This document shows positions 37,657 through 47,444 of a stretch of DNA of 64,000 nucleotides, in pieces. The translations under genes were made by a program, and so were the position numbers. Below the pieces are notes generated by a model. It did no database searches and had not been told where the DNA came from. It saw nothing but the letters and a program-made list of their open reading frames with translations. Position 1 is the first letter of the stretch, and each line of letters begins with the position of its first letter. Source of the DNA: an uncultured Gammaproteobacteria bacterium (lineage in GTDB: Bacteria > Pseudomonadota > Gammaproteobacteria > HyVt-429); NCBI GenBank assembly GCA_947259975.1, contig CAMYOD010000018.1:103629-167628 (forward strand), read 5' to 3'.

Positions 37657-39356
37657 TGGCCGAGACTGAACAACGGGCCGACGAGAACAGCGAAGCCTGT
37701 GACGACATCCTCGCGCGCTACTATGCGGCGTGGTTCCGCTTTCATCCGGAGGCCGCCGTCGATGTGGGCGAGATGGATTATGCGGATCGCCTTGCGCCTT
37801 ACGACGACGATGATATCGGCGCGCTGTTGACCCTGCACGAAGAGCTCATGGGCAGTGTCGATGAGCTGGACGTCGCGGCCCTTGACGCGGACCGGCGCAC
37901 CGATACGCGTCTCGCTTACGGTGCCGCCTTTATAGAAATCGAGGATTTTGTCAAAGCGGATTGGCGCCACCGGGATCCGGGTCGTTTCCTGCCCATCAAC
38001 GCGATCTACCAGCTCACCCTGCGCAACTTCGACGGTTTCGCCGACGCCCTCATGGGACGGCTCGAACGCATTCCCGATCATTTGCGCGGCGCACGCCAAT
38101 TTGTCGCGGAAACCCCTGCGGAGATACCGCGTCTGTGGGCGCAGTCGGCCATCACCGAGGCCCGCCGTGGCGTGGAATTTCTCCGTGGCCTGCCTAAGCA
38201 TCCGGCGGTGCTGCACGAGCCGCGCAGGCTGCGTAATCTGGACGCCGCCCTCAAGCCTGTCATCGATGCGGTCACCGCGTTCGCGGATTTCCTCGACCAG
38301 GAGATTCTGCCCCAGGCGCGCGGCGATTTTGCCTGCGGCGCGGAACGCTTCGCCGACCGGCTGCAGTATCGGCATTTTCTCGATGTGGACGCGGACGCGT
38401 TGCATCGTTTCGGCAGCGATCTATTCGCCCAGACCGAGCGCGAACTGAAAGACGCGGCCAAGCGTTTGCACGGCAGTGACGACGTGGCCGCCTATACCCG
38501 CAAGCTACAGCAGGATCATCCGGCCGCCGAAGAGTTGCTCAGCGCGTATCGGGAACAGATGCAGGCGGCACGCGAGTTCGTCGCCGCCAACGATCTGGTC
38601 ACGCTGCCGGCGGCGGAGCGACTGGATGTCGTCGAGACGCCCGTCTTCCTGCGCCACCGCATACCGTTTGCCGCCTACATGGAGCCGGCACGCAACGACC
38701 CGGAACAGCATGGCTACTATTACGTGACGCCGGTGACCGATGAGGCCATGTTGGGTGAGCACAACCATGCGGCGTTGATGCACACTTGCGCCCACGAGGC
38801 CTGGCCGGGCCATCATCACCAGTTCGTCACGGCGAATCTGCGCCCCAATGCGGCGACGCTGGCGCGGGTGTTGAATCCGTCCGCGACCCTGTATGAGGGT
38901 TGGGCCTTGTATTGCGAACAAATGATGCGCGAGCAGGGCTTCCTGGATCGCCCGGAACAGGAATTCATCCTGCTCAAGGATCGCTTGTGGCGTGCGTTAC
39001 GGGTGATGATCGACGTGGAGATCCATACCCGCGGCTTGTCCCTGGACGCGGCGGCGCAACGCATGGTCGCCGCCCTCGGTTTCACCCCGGAACAGGCCCA
39101 CGGCGATCTGACCTGGTATACCCGCGCACCCACTGTGCCCATGGGTTACGCCACCGGCTGGGCGCTGATCAACGCGGCGCGCGACCGGCTGCGCCTGGCG
39201 GAGCAGGATCAGTTCGATCTCAAGCATTTCCATGACCGGCTGCTGTCGGCGGGTTCTATCGCACTGCCGCTGGCGATGCGCGACGCCTTCGGCGACGGTA
39301 TCTGGCGCAATGCCAACGGCATGGTATTCGGTGCCACGTCGGCGCAGGCAACGTGA
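37656..39356 (+). CDS. DUF885 family protein (metallopeptidase-like)
   Basis: It has the HEAWPGHHHQ motif. Its start overlaps the OsmC stop. Confidence 0.8.
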   Translation: MAETEQRADENSEACDDILARYYAAWFRFHPEAAVDVGEMDYADRLAPYDDDDIGALLTLHEELMGSVDELDVAALDADRRTDTRLAYGAAFIEIEDFVKADWRHRDPGRFLPINAIYQLTLRNFDGFADALMGRLERIPDHLRGARQFVAETPAEIPRLWAQSAITEARRGVEFLRGLPKHPAVLHEPRRLRNLDAALKPVIDAVTAFADFLDQEILPQARGDFACGAERFADRLQYRHFLDVDADALHRFGSDLFAQTERELKDAAKRLHGSDDVAAYTRKLQQDHPAAEELLSAYREQMQAAREFVAANDLVTLPAAERLDVVETPVFLRHRIPFAAYMEPARNDPEQHGYYYVTPVTDEAMLGEHNHAALMHTCAHEAWPGHHHQFVTANLRPNAATLARVLNPSATLYEGWALYCEQMMREQGFLDRPEQEFILLKDRLWRALRVMIDVEIHTRGLSLDAAAQRMVAALGFTPEQAHGDLTWYTRAPTVPMGYATGWALINAARDRLRLAEQDQFDLKHFHDRLLSAGSIALPLAMRDAFGDGIWRNANGMVFGATSAQAT

Positions 39357-39757
39357 CCGGGACAAGACCCCAGGCCACCGGCGGCATGCGGCATGTCGCA
39401 TTGGTCGTAAACGCGCTCGAGGCCTGCGAACGATTCTATGTCGAGTTACTGGGCATGCAGATCGAGTGGAAGCCCGATGCGGACAACGTCTATCTCACCA
39501 GCGGCAACGACAACCTGGCACTGCATCGAGCGCCTGCCGGCACGCGCATGGATTCGGGCCAGCGCCTCGATCATATCGGCTTTATCATCGATCGCATCGA
39601 ACAGGTGGATGCGTGGTACGCCTTTCTTTGTGCTAACGAGGTGCCCATCGTCAAGACACCCAAGACCCACCGCGACGGTGCACGTAGTTTCTATTGCCAG
39701 GATCCGGACGGCAATACCGTGCAACTGATCTACCATCCGCCCCTGGCAACCAACTGA
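39353..39757 (+). CDS. VOC (glyoxalase/bleomycin-resistance/dioxygenase) family protein
   Basis: It carries MRHVALVVNALEACERFYVELLGM ... LDHIGF ... FYCQDPDGNTVQL. The start may instead be at 39386. Confidence 0.75.
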   Translation: MTGTRPQATGGMRHVALVVNALEACERFYVELLGMQIEWKPDADNVYLTSGNDNLALHRAPAGTRMDSGQRLDHIGFIIDRIEQVDAWYAFLCANEVPIVKTPKTHRDGARSFYCQDPDGNTVQLIYHPPLATN

Positions 39758-39777
39758 CCGCGTCACTCAGCGCAGCC

Positions 39778-40359
39778 ATGAGCGAACTGTTTCGCGCCAA
39801 AGGTTATGCCCCCGGGGGTTTCGTCATGAACTCCAAACAGGAAGTCATGGAGATGGCGGCCCTGCCACCGTTCTTGCGTACGTTGCTGGTTACCGACGGC
39901 ACCGTGACCAAGAGCCTCGAGGCCTACTTCTGGGAAGTGGTAAACGTGGAAAACCTCGGCCAGCAGGAGCTCACCGTCGAGGAAGCCATCGAGCGGCTGA
40001 ACATCACACCGGGAGACAGTGCGTTGCGCCGCGAAGTACGGCTGGTCGGCGCCGACAGCGGCACAGCGTTTGTCTATGCTCGCTCGCTCTTGCGTTTGAA
40101 CCTGCTGCCGGAGGACCTGCGCGCGCAGATACGCGCCGGCAAAATCGGCATCGGCGAACTGTTGCGCGAATGCGGTCTGGAGACCTTTCGCGAACTGCTC
40201 GACTTCGGCACCGAGCCCGCCGGCGCCCTGGCCGAGGTGTTGGGCGTCGCCGCGGACGACGAGCTGGTCTATCGGGTCTATCGCATCTCCTTCCATCAAG
40301 AACCCATGATCCTGGTGACGGAAAAGTTTCCTCGCGCCATCTACGAGCACGCGCCCTGA
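39778..40359 (+). CDS. Chorismate-lyase-like (DUF98/UTRA fold) protein
   Basis: It contains LLVTDGTVTKSLEAYFWE, which is typical of the UbiC/DUF98 family. Confidence 0.6.
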   Translation: MSELFRAKGYAPGGFVMNSKQEVMEMAALPPFLRTLLVTDGTVTKSLEAYFWEVVNVENLGQQELTVEEAIERLNITPGDSALRREVRLVGADSGTAFVYARSLLRLNLLPEDLRAQIRAGKIGIGELLRECGLETFRELLDFGTEPAGALAEVLGVAADDELVYRVYRISFHQEPMILVTEKFPRAIYEHAP

Positions 40360-40494
40360 CCGCCGCGGCCCCGCGCGTACATAATCGTCAAGCCCGTCCA
40401 GACTCGTAGAGTTGGCCCGATTCTCAACTATACTTGAATGAAAGTGGGCAACTTTTCGCTCGCCGCAGTGTTTATCTCGGCACCGAGGACACCC

Positions 40495-40824
40495 ATGCGA
40501 GTCACGCAGACAATGGAAAAACGCCAACAGACACGGCGCGAGATTGCGGTCGAGGTCGACATGACCTGCGACGGTGCCCGCACGCCCGGTCTCAAGACCC
40601 GCAACCTCAGTCTGAGCGGTGTGCTCCTGGAGCCCGGCGACTATGCGTTGCCGGCCCCCGGCGCCATCGTCGATCTCAATTTTCACGCGCCGGCGGCACA
40701 AAATGGCGGCCGCCTGCTGCGCGCCCGCGTGGTGCGTGCCTCGAGCCAGGGCCTCGGCCTGCTGTTTCGCGACTTCGGGCTCGAGGATTTCGGCTTCATC
40801 CAGGGCCTGATCGACGGCGCCTGA
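40495..40824 (+). CDS. PilZ domain protein (c-di-GMP receptor)
   Basis: RQQTR (RxxxR) is followed by NLSLSG ((D/N)xSxxG). The start is uncertain (40438 or 40495). Confidence 0.75.
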   Translation: MRVTQTMEKRQQTRREIAVEVDMTCDGARTPGLKTRNLSLSGVLLEPGDYALPAPGAIVDLNFHAPAAQNGGRLLRARVVRASSQGLGLLFRDFGLEDFGFIQGLIDGA

Positions 40825-40930
40825 GTCCGCACCGGTCCCCGCTACCGCGGCGTCTCCCCAGCATTGGCGCCCCCTCGAACCCCGTTTCGTTAGGGGATTT
40901 GTCAGCTTCCCGCAAAGTCAGTAGCATTAT

Positions 40931-40981
40931 TCCTCCCCCCTGCGGAAAAGCGATGCCGGGGGTAGCAGGACCTGGGGAGGA
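40931..40981 (+). promoter_or_regulatory. SD-sequestering hairpin candidate in the cfa 5' leader
   Basis: TCCTCCCC-CCTGC (40931-40943) can pair with GCAGG (40965-40969) and GGGGAGGA (40974-40981). The latter includes the cfa Shine-Dalgarno, 5 nt before the ATG at 40987. Confidence 0.35.
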
Positions 40982-40986
40982 GAATA

Positions 40987-42264
40987 ATGAGTACCAAGGG
41001 GAAAGCAGTCCCTCTAAGCGTGCCATCCATGCCCGACGCCGAGACCGGCGCGCCGCAAAGGCGACGTCCCGTCCGTGCCGCCGAGCGCTGGTTGCTGAAA
41101 AAATTCCTCGCGGCAATCGGCAACCCGCCGGTTGACCTGATGATGTGGGACGGCGAGGTCATCGCCAACCATAAACGCGCCACGATCGCCACGCTGCATA
41201 TTCGGGACCGGGTTGCCCTCTATGCCCTGATGTGGGATCCCAATCTCCGCTTCGGCGATTATTACGCCAGCGGCCGGCTCGAAGTCGAAGGCGACTTTCA
41301 GCGTTTTCTCGAGGCGGTCTACCGCGCCGGCAATGCCACCCGCGGCTCGGGCATCTTTCGCGACCGCCTCTCGCGCCTGGCGTACCGTCCGCGCCCGAAC
41401 ACCCTGCGCGGCTCCAAGGCCAACATCCACAGCCATTACGACATCGGCAACGATTTCTACAAGCTCTGGCTCGACCGGGACTACATGCAATACACCTGCG
41501 CCTACTACCCGGAGCAGGCGCTGACCCTGGAGCAGGCCCAGGTCGCGAAGATGGAACACGTGTGCCGCAAATTGCGCCTGCAGCCCGGCGAGACCGTGGT
41601 CGAGGCCGGTTGCGGTTGGGGCGGGCTCGCCCGCTACATGGCCAAGCATCATGGCGTCAACGTGCGTTCCTATAACATCTCCCACGAGCAGATCAGCTTC
41701 GCCCGCGCGCGCGCCCAACAGGAAGGTCTCGCCGATCGGGTCGAATACGTGGAGGACGACTACCGTAACATCGAGGGCGACTTCGATGTGTTCGTCTCGG
41801 TGGGCATGCTCGAGCACGTCGGCGTGGACAACTACCCGGCGCTGGGCGAGGTCATCGACCGCAGCCTCAAGGACAATGGCCGCGGCCTGATCCATTCCAT
41901 CGGTCGCAACCGCGCACGCCTCATGAACGGCTGGATCGAGAAACGCATTTTCCCCGGTGCCTACCCGCCAACCCTGCGCGAGGCCATGGACATCTTCGAG
42001 CCCAACGAGTTGTCCGTACTCGACGTGGAAAACCTGCGCATGCACTATGCCAAGACCCTGGAGGAGTGGCTGGAACGCTACGAGGCCAACATCGACTGGG
42101 TGCGCGAAACCTACGACGAGGCCTTCGTGCGCGCCTGGCGGTTGTATCTGGCCGGCTCGATCGCCGCCTTCACCACCGGCTCCCTGCAACTGTTTCAGAT
42201 CCTGTTCGCGCGCCCGCGGGACAACGACCTGCCCTGGACACGGGCGCACCTGTACGAGAAGTAA
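40987..42264 (+). CDS. cfa: Cyclopropane-fatty-acyl-phospholipid synthase family SAM-dependent methyltransferase
   Basis: It carries HYDIGNDFYKLWLD, the SAM motif VVEAGCGWGGLARYMA, SVGMLEHVG and the LYLAGS tail. Confidence 0.9.
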   Translation: MSTKGKAVPLSVPSMPDAETGAPQRRRPVRAAERWLLKKFLAAIGNPPVDLMMWDGEVIANHKRATIATLHIRDRVALYALMWDPNLRFGDYYASGRLEVEGDFQRFLEAVYRAGNATRGSGIFRDRLSRLAYRPRPNTLRGSKANIHSHYDIGNDFYKLWLDRDYMQYTCAYYPEQALTLEQAQVAKMEHVCRKLRLQPGETVVEAGCGWGGLARYMAKHHGVNVRSYNISHEQISFARARAQQEGLADRVEYVEDDYRNIEGDFDVFVSVGMLEHVGVDNYPALGEVIDRSLKDNGRGLIHSIGRNRARLMNGWIEKRIFPGAYPPTLREAMDIFEPNELSVLDVENLRMHYAKTLEEWLERYEANIDWVRETYDEAFVRAWRLYLAGSIAAFTTGSLQLFQILFARPRDNDLPWTRAHLYEK

Positions 42265-42269
42265 GCGGC

Positions 42270-43403
42270 ATGGCGCGCGCTACGGACAGCTGTGACGTAT
42301 TGATCGTCGGCGGCGGGCCTGCCGGCTCCACCTGCGCCTGGAAGCTGAAGCTGGCCGGGCTCGATGTGCTCATCCTCGACAAGAAGACCTTTCCCCGCGA
42401 CAAGGTCTGCGCCGGCTGGGTAACCCCGGCGGTCATCCAGACCCTCAGGCTCGATCTCGACGACTACGCCCGGGGCCGTGTGCTGCAACCGATCCAGGGC
42501 TTTCGCACCAGCTGCATGGGCGGGCCGGACGTGGCTACGGCTTATAACAAGCCCGTGAGTTACGGCATCCGCCGTTTCGAATTCGACGAGTACCTGCTCA
42601 AACGCTGCGGTGCGCGCACGCGCCTGGGCGAATCCATCAAGTCGATCCGTCGCAGTGACGACGGCTGGCTCGTCAACGACAGCATCCGCGCCAAGATGCT
42701 CGTCGGCGCCGGCGGCCACTTCTGCCCGGTGGCTCGGCATCTGGGCGCGAAACTCGGCAGCGACGAGCAGGTGGTGGCGGCCCACGAGGTGGAGTTCGAG
42801 ATGACCCCGGAGCAGGCCGCCGCCTGCAAGGTACAACAGGAGGTGCCGGAATTGTTTTTCTGCGACGACCTCAAGGGCTATGCCTGGGCGTTTCGCAAGG
42901 GCGACTTTCTCAACGTCGGCCTGGGCCGTGAGGACAACCACAAGCTCGCCGAGCACGTGGAACGCTTCTGCAAAAAGCTAATGGAACAAGGCAAGATTCC
43001 CGCAGACATCCCCGCCCGTTTCAAGGGCCACGCCTACATCCTTTACGCTCATGTGCTGCGCAAGCTGGTGGACGACGGCGTCTTACTCATCGGCGATGCC
43101 GCCGGGCTCGCCTACCCGCAAAGTGGCGAGGGCATCCGCCCGGCGGTGGAATCTGCCATTCAGGCCGCCGACATTCTCATCCAGGCGCAGGGCGACTACC
43201 GCAAGAAAAACCTCGACGCCTATCCGGCACAACTGGTCGCCCGCTTCGGCCCGCGCCGCGAATCCGGCGGCGTCATGGATCTACTCCCCACCCGCGCCAA
43301 GCAAATACTCGGCGGCAAGCTGCTCGGCAACCCCTGGTTCTCCCGTAACGTGGTCATCGACCGCTGGTTCTTGCATACCCAACAGTCGCCGCTCATCTCG
43401 TAG
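42270..43403 (+). CDS. FAD-dependent oxidoreductase, geranylgeranyl-reductase family
   Basis: It carries DVLIVGGGPAGSTCAWKLKLAGLDVLILDKK and LIGDAAGLAYPQSGEGI. It begins 5 nt after the cfa stop. Confidence 0.8.
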   Translation: MARATDSCDVLIVGGGPAGSTCAWKLKLAGLDVLILDKKTFPRDKVCAGWVTPAVIQTLRLDLDDYARGRVLQPIQGFRTSCMGGPDVATAYNKPVSYGIRRFEFDEYLLKRCGARTRLGESIKSIRRSDDGWLVNDSIRAKMLVGAGGHFCPVARHLGAKLGSDEQVVAAHEVEFEMTPEQAAACKVQQEVPELFFCDDLKGYAWAFRKGDFLNVGLGREDNHKLAEHVERFCKKLMEQGKIPADIPARFKGHAYILYAHVLRKLVDDGVLLIGDAAGLAYPQSGEGIRPAVESAIQAADILIQAQGDYRKKNLDAYPAQLVARFGPRRESGGVMDLLPTRAKQILGGKLLGNPWFSRNVVIDRWFLHTQQSPLIS

Positions 43404-43407
43404 GAGT

Positions 43408-43453
43408 AAAAGGGGTCGGAGTGATTTAGAGTTGAGCACTCTGGCGCCTTTTT
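43408..43453. repeat. REP-like inverted pair / bidirectional terminator (family member A)
   Basis: AAAAGGGGTCGGAGTG-N13-CACTCTGGCGCCTTTTT lies between convergent genes. The arms pair at 12 WC plus 2 GU of 16 positions. Confidence 0.5.
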
Positions 43454-43473
43454 CTACATAATTCCAAACACCG

Positions 43474-44235
43474 TCAATTCTTCAGTCGGTATCCGGTCTT
43501 GAAGATCCACCAGATCGTGGTGAGGCACAGCAGCATGAATACCAGGATCATGCTTACGCTGATGCTGATATTGACGTCGGCGACGCCGTAGAAGCTCCAG
43601 CGGAAACCGCTAATCAGATAGACCACCGGGTTGAATAAGGTCACTTTCTGCCAGAACGGTGGCAGCATGCTGATCGAGTAGAAGGCGCCGCCGAGGAATG
43701 TCAGCGGCATGATCACCATCATCGGAATGATCTGTAATTTCTGGAAGTCATCGGCCCAAAGACCAATGATGAAGCCGAACAGACTGAAGGTAATGGCGGT
43801 GAGCAGAAGGAAACTGACCATCAGCAATGGATGGGCGATCTCGTAATCCACGAACAGACGAGCAGTGGCGAGGATCAGCAGTCCCAGAATTACCGATTTC
43901 GAGGCGGCCGCACCCACATAGCCGATGACCACCTCCAGGGGCGACACCGGGGCTGACAACACCTCGTAGATGGTGCCCGAGAACTTCGGGAAATAAATCC
44001 CGAAGGAGGCATTGGAAATGCTCTCGCTCAACAGCGACAGCATGAGCAGGCCGGGAATGATAAACGACGCGTAGCTGATACCGTCGATCTCCCCCACACG
44101 CGAGCCGATGGCGGCGCCAAACACCACGAAGTAAAGCGCGGTGGACAGGATCGGCGAAGCAACGCTCTGCATCAGCGTGCGCCAGGTGCGCGCCATTTCA
44201 AACAGGTAGATCGCGCGGATGCCGTGCAGATTCAT
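43474..44235 (-). CDS. ABC-2 type transporter permease
   Basis: It has 6 TM helices. Its ATG overlaps the ATPase stop (ATGA). The family-typical N-terminus is [14 protein letters not shown]. Confidence 0.85.
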   Translation of the reverse strand: MNLHGIRAIYLFEMARTWRTLMQSVASPILSTALYFVVFGAAIGSRVGEIDGISYASFIIPGLLMLSLLSESISNASFGIYFPKFSGTIYEVLSAPVSPLEVVIGYVGAAASKSVILGLLILATARLFVDYEIAHPLLMVSFLLLTAITFSLFGFIIGLWADDFQKLQIIPMMVIMPLTFLGGAFYSISMLPPFWQKVTLFNPVVYLISGFRWSFYGVADVNISISVSMILVFMLLCLTTIWWIFKTGYRLKN

Positions 44236-45158
44236 GCTTTTTCGCTCACCAGGTTGACGAAGATTTCTTCCAGCGAACTTTCGCTGGAGTGGAGATCCTT
44301 GAAGCCGATGCCGTGCTGGTCCAGCTGGCGCAACAGCTCGGCAATCCCCGTGTGTTCCTGCTGCGCGTCGAAGGTGTACACCAGCGCATGACCGTCGCTT
44401 GCCAGTTCCAGGGGATGGCCGGCGAGTTCCGTCGGGATCAACTCCAGCGGGTATTGCAAAGTCAGGGTCAGTTGTTTCTTGCCCAACTTGTTCATTAACA
44501 CGTTCTTGTCTTCGACTACGCCGAGTTTGCCCTCGTTGATTACGCCGATACGATCGGCCATCTCTTCCGCCTCTTCGATGTAGTGGGTAGTGAGAATGAT
44601 GGTGACGCCGCTCGCGCGCAGGGCCCGGACCATCTCCCACATGCCGTGGCGCAGCTCGACGTCGACGCCAGCGGTCGGTTCGTCGAGAAACAGGATCTGC
44701 GGTTCATGGGCCAGTGCCTTGGCAATCAGCACGCGGCGCTTCATGCCACCGGATAGGGTCATGATCTTGGCGTCGCGTTTGTCCCACAGGGAAAGATCCC
44801 GCAGGACCTGTTCGAGAAACGACGGATTCGGTGGCTTGCCGAACAAGCCGCGGCTGAATTCCATTTGCGCCCAGACGCTCTCGAACGTGGCGGTGGCCAG
44901 TTCCTGCGGCACCAGGCCGATCTTCGATCGGGTCGCCCGGTAGTCGGTAAGGATGTCATGACCATCGACCGAGACGGTGCCCGCGCTGGGGGTGACGATG
45001 CCGCAGATGATGCTGATCAGGGTGGTCTTGCCGGCCCCGTTCGGGCCCAGAAGGGCAAAGATTTCGCCCCGATGGATATCCAGATTGATATCGCTGAGCG
45101 CGGTCAAACCAGACGCATAAGTCTTGCCGAGATCGCTGATTGAGATAATCGACTCCAC
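44232..45158 (-). CDS. ABC transporter ATP-binding protein (ABC-2/DrrA-like)
   Basis: It has Walker [10 protein letters not shown], the signature LSGGMKRR and Walker B ILFLDEPT. Confidence 0.9.
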   Translation of the reverse strand: MESIISISDLGKTYASGLTALSDINLDIHRGEIFALLGPNGAGKTTLISIICGIVTPSAGTVSVDGHDILTDYRATRSKIGLVPQELATATFESVWAQMEFSRGLFGKPPNPSFLEQVLRDLSLWDKRDAKIMTLSGGMKRRVLIAKALAHEPQILFLDEPTAGVDVELRHGMWEMVRALRASGVTIILTTHYIEEAEEMADRIGVINEGKLGVVEDKNVLMNKLGKKQLTLTLQYPLELIPTELAGHPLELASDGHALVYTFDAQQEHTGIAELLRQLDQHGIGFKDLHSSESSLEEIFVNLVSEKA

Positions 45159-45246
45159 GTCACCCTCACCAGTGTGTATTCACATGGACGGCCATTATAG
45201 CCCGGATGGTGAGCGGACTTCGGTGGACAAGGATTGTTAATAGAGA

Positions 45247-45258
45247 GGTCGGAGTGAT
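45247..45258 (+). repeat. Solo copy of the GGTCGGAGTGAT repeat core (family member B)
   Basis: It is an exact 12-mer match to 43414-43425, with a similar flank (TAATAGAGA GGTCGGAGTGAT). Confidence 0.35.
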
Positions 45259-45348
45259 CCTATTTTGGGAATCGGGGGCAGAGATCAATTTCTTCTACTA
45301 TTGGCGCTTGATATTCTCGGGCCCGGTATTCATTGTGTCCGCAAGCTC

Positions 45349-46341
45349 ATGAAAGCAATCGTCTGCACAAGATACGGGCCGCCGGATGCGCTTCGGCTCG
45401 AAGAGGTCGAGAAACCCGCCCCCAAGGAGCATGACGTACTGATCAAAGTTCATGCGGCATCCATCAATTCCTGGGACTGGGAGCTCCTGCAAGGCACACC
45501 GTTCGTGAACCGCATCATGGCCGGGCTTCGCAAACCAAAGCGAATTAAGATCTTCGGCTGTGACATCGCGGGGCGGGTTGAGGCAGTGGGCAGAAACGTA
45601 ACGCAGTTTCAGCCAGGTGATGAAGTCTTTGGAGATCTGTCCGGATGCGGTTTTGGCGGATTTGCCGAGTACGTCTGCGCGCATGAAAGCGCGCTAGCGC
45701 TGAAACCGGCCGGAATGGCATTCGAACAAGCGGCGGCTGTACCGCAAGCAGGACTCCTCGCCCTGCAGGGGCTGCGCAAAGGACAGATTCAGCCCGGAGA
45801 AACTAATCGAGCCCAAAAGGTTTTGATTAACGGCGCGTCCGGCGGTACGGGGACGTTCGCGGTGCAGCTGGCCAAATTGTTCGGGGCCGTAGTGACCGGA
45901 GTGTGCAGCACGCCGAAAATGGACCTGGTGCGCACGCTCGGTGCCGATCATGTCATCGATTACACCCGGGAAGATTTCACCAAAAACGGACAGCGTTATG
46001 ACCTGATTCTCGACGTCAAAGGCTATCATTCGATATTCGATTACAAACAGGCACTAAGTCCCAAGGGGATTTATGTCATGGTCGGCGGTTCGATGGCCCT
46101 GGCGAGCCAGACGATTCTCCTGGGGCCGTTTATTTCACTGATCGGGGGCAAGAAGCTGGGGCTCTTGCTGCATAAACCCAACCAGGGTTTGGATGCCATG
46201 ATCGAGCTTATGGCCGCCGGCAAGGTCGTACCAGTTATCGATAAACGTTACCCCTTAAGCGAGGTCGCCGAGGCGATGCGGAATTTCGGTGCAGGACGCG
46301 CCCGCGGAAAGGTCGTCATCACTATGGAACAACGCCAATGA
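45349..46341 (+). CDS. Zinc-type/MDR NAD(P)-dependent quinone oxidoreductase, paralog 1
   Basis: It starts [13 protein letters not shown] and carries the Rossmann motif [17 protein letters not shown]. Confidence 0.85.
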   Translation: MKAIVCTRYGPPDALRLEEVEKPAPKEHDVLIKVHAASINSWDWELLQGTPFVNRIMAGLRKPKRIKIFGCDIAGRVEAVGRNVTQFQPGDEVFGDLSGCGFGGFAEYVCAHESALALKPAGMAFEQAAAVPQAGLLALQGLRKGQIQPGETNRAQKVLINGASGGTGTFAVQLAKLFGAVVTGVCSTPKMDLVRTLGADHVIDYTREDFTKNGQRYDLILDVKGYHSIFDYKQALSPKGIYVMVGGSMALASQTILLGPFISLIGGKKLGLLLHKPNQGLDAMIELMAAGKVVPVIDKRYPLSEVAEAMRNFGAGRARGKVVITMEQRQ

Positions 46342-47321
46342 AGGCAATAATCTGGACAAGGTACGGGCCACCGGAGGTGCTGCAGCTCAAAGAGGTGGAG
46401 AAACCAACGCCGAAGGAAAATGAAGTCCTGATACGAGTGCATGCGACAACGGTAGAAACAGGGGACTGTGAGATTCGGCGATACCAGATCCACAACTATC
46501 TCTGGCTTCCGTTGCGCGTGTATTTTGGTCTTATCAAGCCGAGAATTAAAATCCCAGGGCAGCAGTTAGCCGGGGAAATAGAAGCCGTCGGTAAAGATGT
46601 AACACGGTTTAAGAAAGGGGCCCCGGTTTTTGCGCCTACCGATGCGCGTTTTGGTGCTTATGCCGAATACAAATGCTTGCATGAAGAAGCATCGGTGGTA
46701 ATCAAACCGGCCAATATGACCTATCAAGAAGCCACCGCCGTTCCCGTTGGCGGGCTCAATGCACTGCATTTTCTTAGAAAAGGTAATATTCAACGCGGAG
46801 AAAAAGTCCTGATCTATGGGAGCACCGGCAGTATCGGTACTTTTGCAGTACAGCTCGCGAAGTATTTTGGGGCGCACGTGACCGGGGTATGCAGTACCCC
46901 GAAAATAGAGCTGGTGAAATCGTTGGGGGCCGACAAGGTTATTGATTACACCAAAGAGGATTTTACCAAGAGCGGTGAAACCTACGATGTTGTTTTCGAT
47001 ACCATAGGCAAGGCCCCCTATACGGGAAGCGTGAGATCGTTGAGAAAAAAGGGTCGCTACCTCTTGGCCAACCCGACGTTGAGACAGCAGCTGCGAGGGC
47101 TGTGGACTTCAATGATAAGCAGTAAGAGAGCAATCTCGCTGGTGGCAAGTTATAAAACTGAAGATTTACTGTTCCTCAAAGAGCTTATCGAGGCGGGGGA
47201 GTTAATATCGGTGATAGACGATCATCGCTTTTCGTTGGAACAGATGGTCGAGGCTCACCGGTATGTCGAACAAGGACACAAAACGGGCAATGTCGTCATC
47301 ACGGTAAATGGGTCAGAGTGA
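46338..47321 (+). CDS. MDR NAD(P)-dependent quinone oxidoreductase, paralog 2
   Basis: It starts [13 protein letters not shown] and carries [17 protein letters not shown]. It has an ATGA overlap with paralog 1 and is roughly half identical to it by eye. Confidence 0.85.
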   Translation: MKAIIWTRYGPPEVLQLKEVEKPTPKENEVLIRVHATTVETGDCEIRRYQIHNYLWLPLRVYFGLIKPRIKIPGQQLAGEIEAVGKDVTRFKKGAPVFAPTDARFGAYAEYKCLHEEASVVIKPANMTYQEATAVPVGGLNALHFLRKGNIQRGEKVLIYGSTGSIGTFAVQLAKYFGAHVTGVCSTPKIELVKSLGADKVIDYTKEDFTKSGETYDVVFDTIGKAPYTGSVRSLRKKGRYLLANPTLRQQLRGLWTSMISSKRAISLVASYKTEDLLFLKELIEAGELISVIDDHRFSLEQMVEAHRYVEQGHKTGNVVITVNGSE

Positions 47322-47350
47322 CCGAATTTCAATCACTCCGACTCCTTTAT
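47304..47350. repeat. REP-like inverted pair (family member C), left arm inside the last codons of the oxidoreductase gene
   Basis: GTAAATGGGTCAGAGTGA-N11-TCACTCCGACTCCTTTAT pairs at 14 WC plus 2 GU of 18 positions. It lies between convergent genes. Confidence 0.5.
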
Positions 47351-47444
47351 CGTTATTACCGGGACCGCCTGCCTGCTGCTGATCCTGATGGTGATGTACC
47401 GGCGGCGGGTGCGGGCGGTTTAGAAGAAACGGGCCGCGTGAATT

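Noticed and set aside
40434-41135. 233-aa plus-strand ORF spanning the PilZ gene and the cfa leader
   Set aside because: Its Arg/Pro-rich translation is out of frame with a PilZ ORF that has both canonical motifs, and it would also read through the cfa SD and start.
41014-42249. 411-aa ORF on the minus strand across cfa
   Set aside because: It is a shadow ORF opposite a well-supported methyltransferase gene, with no recognisable motifs and biased composition.
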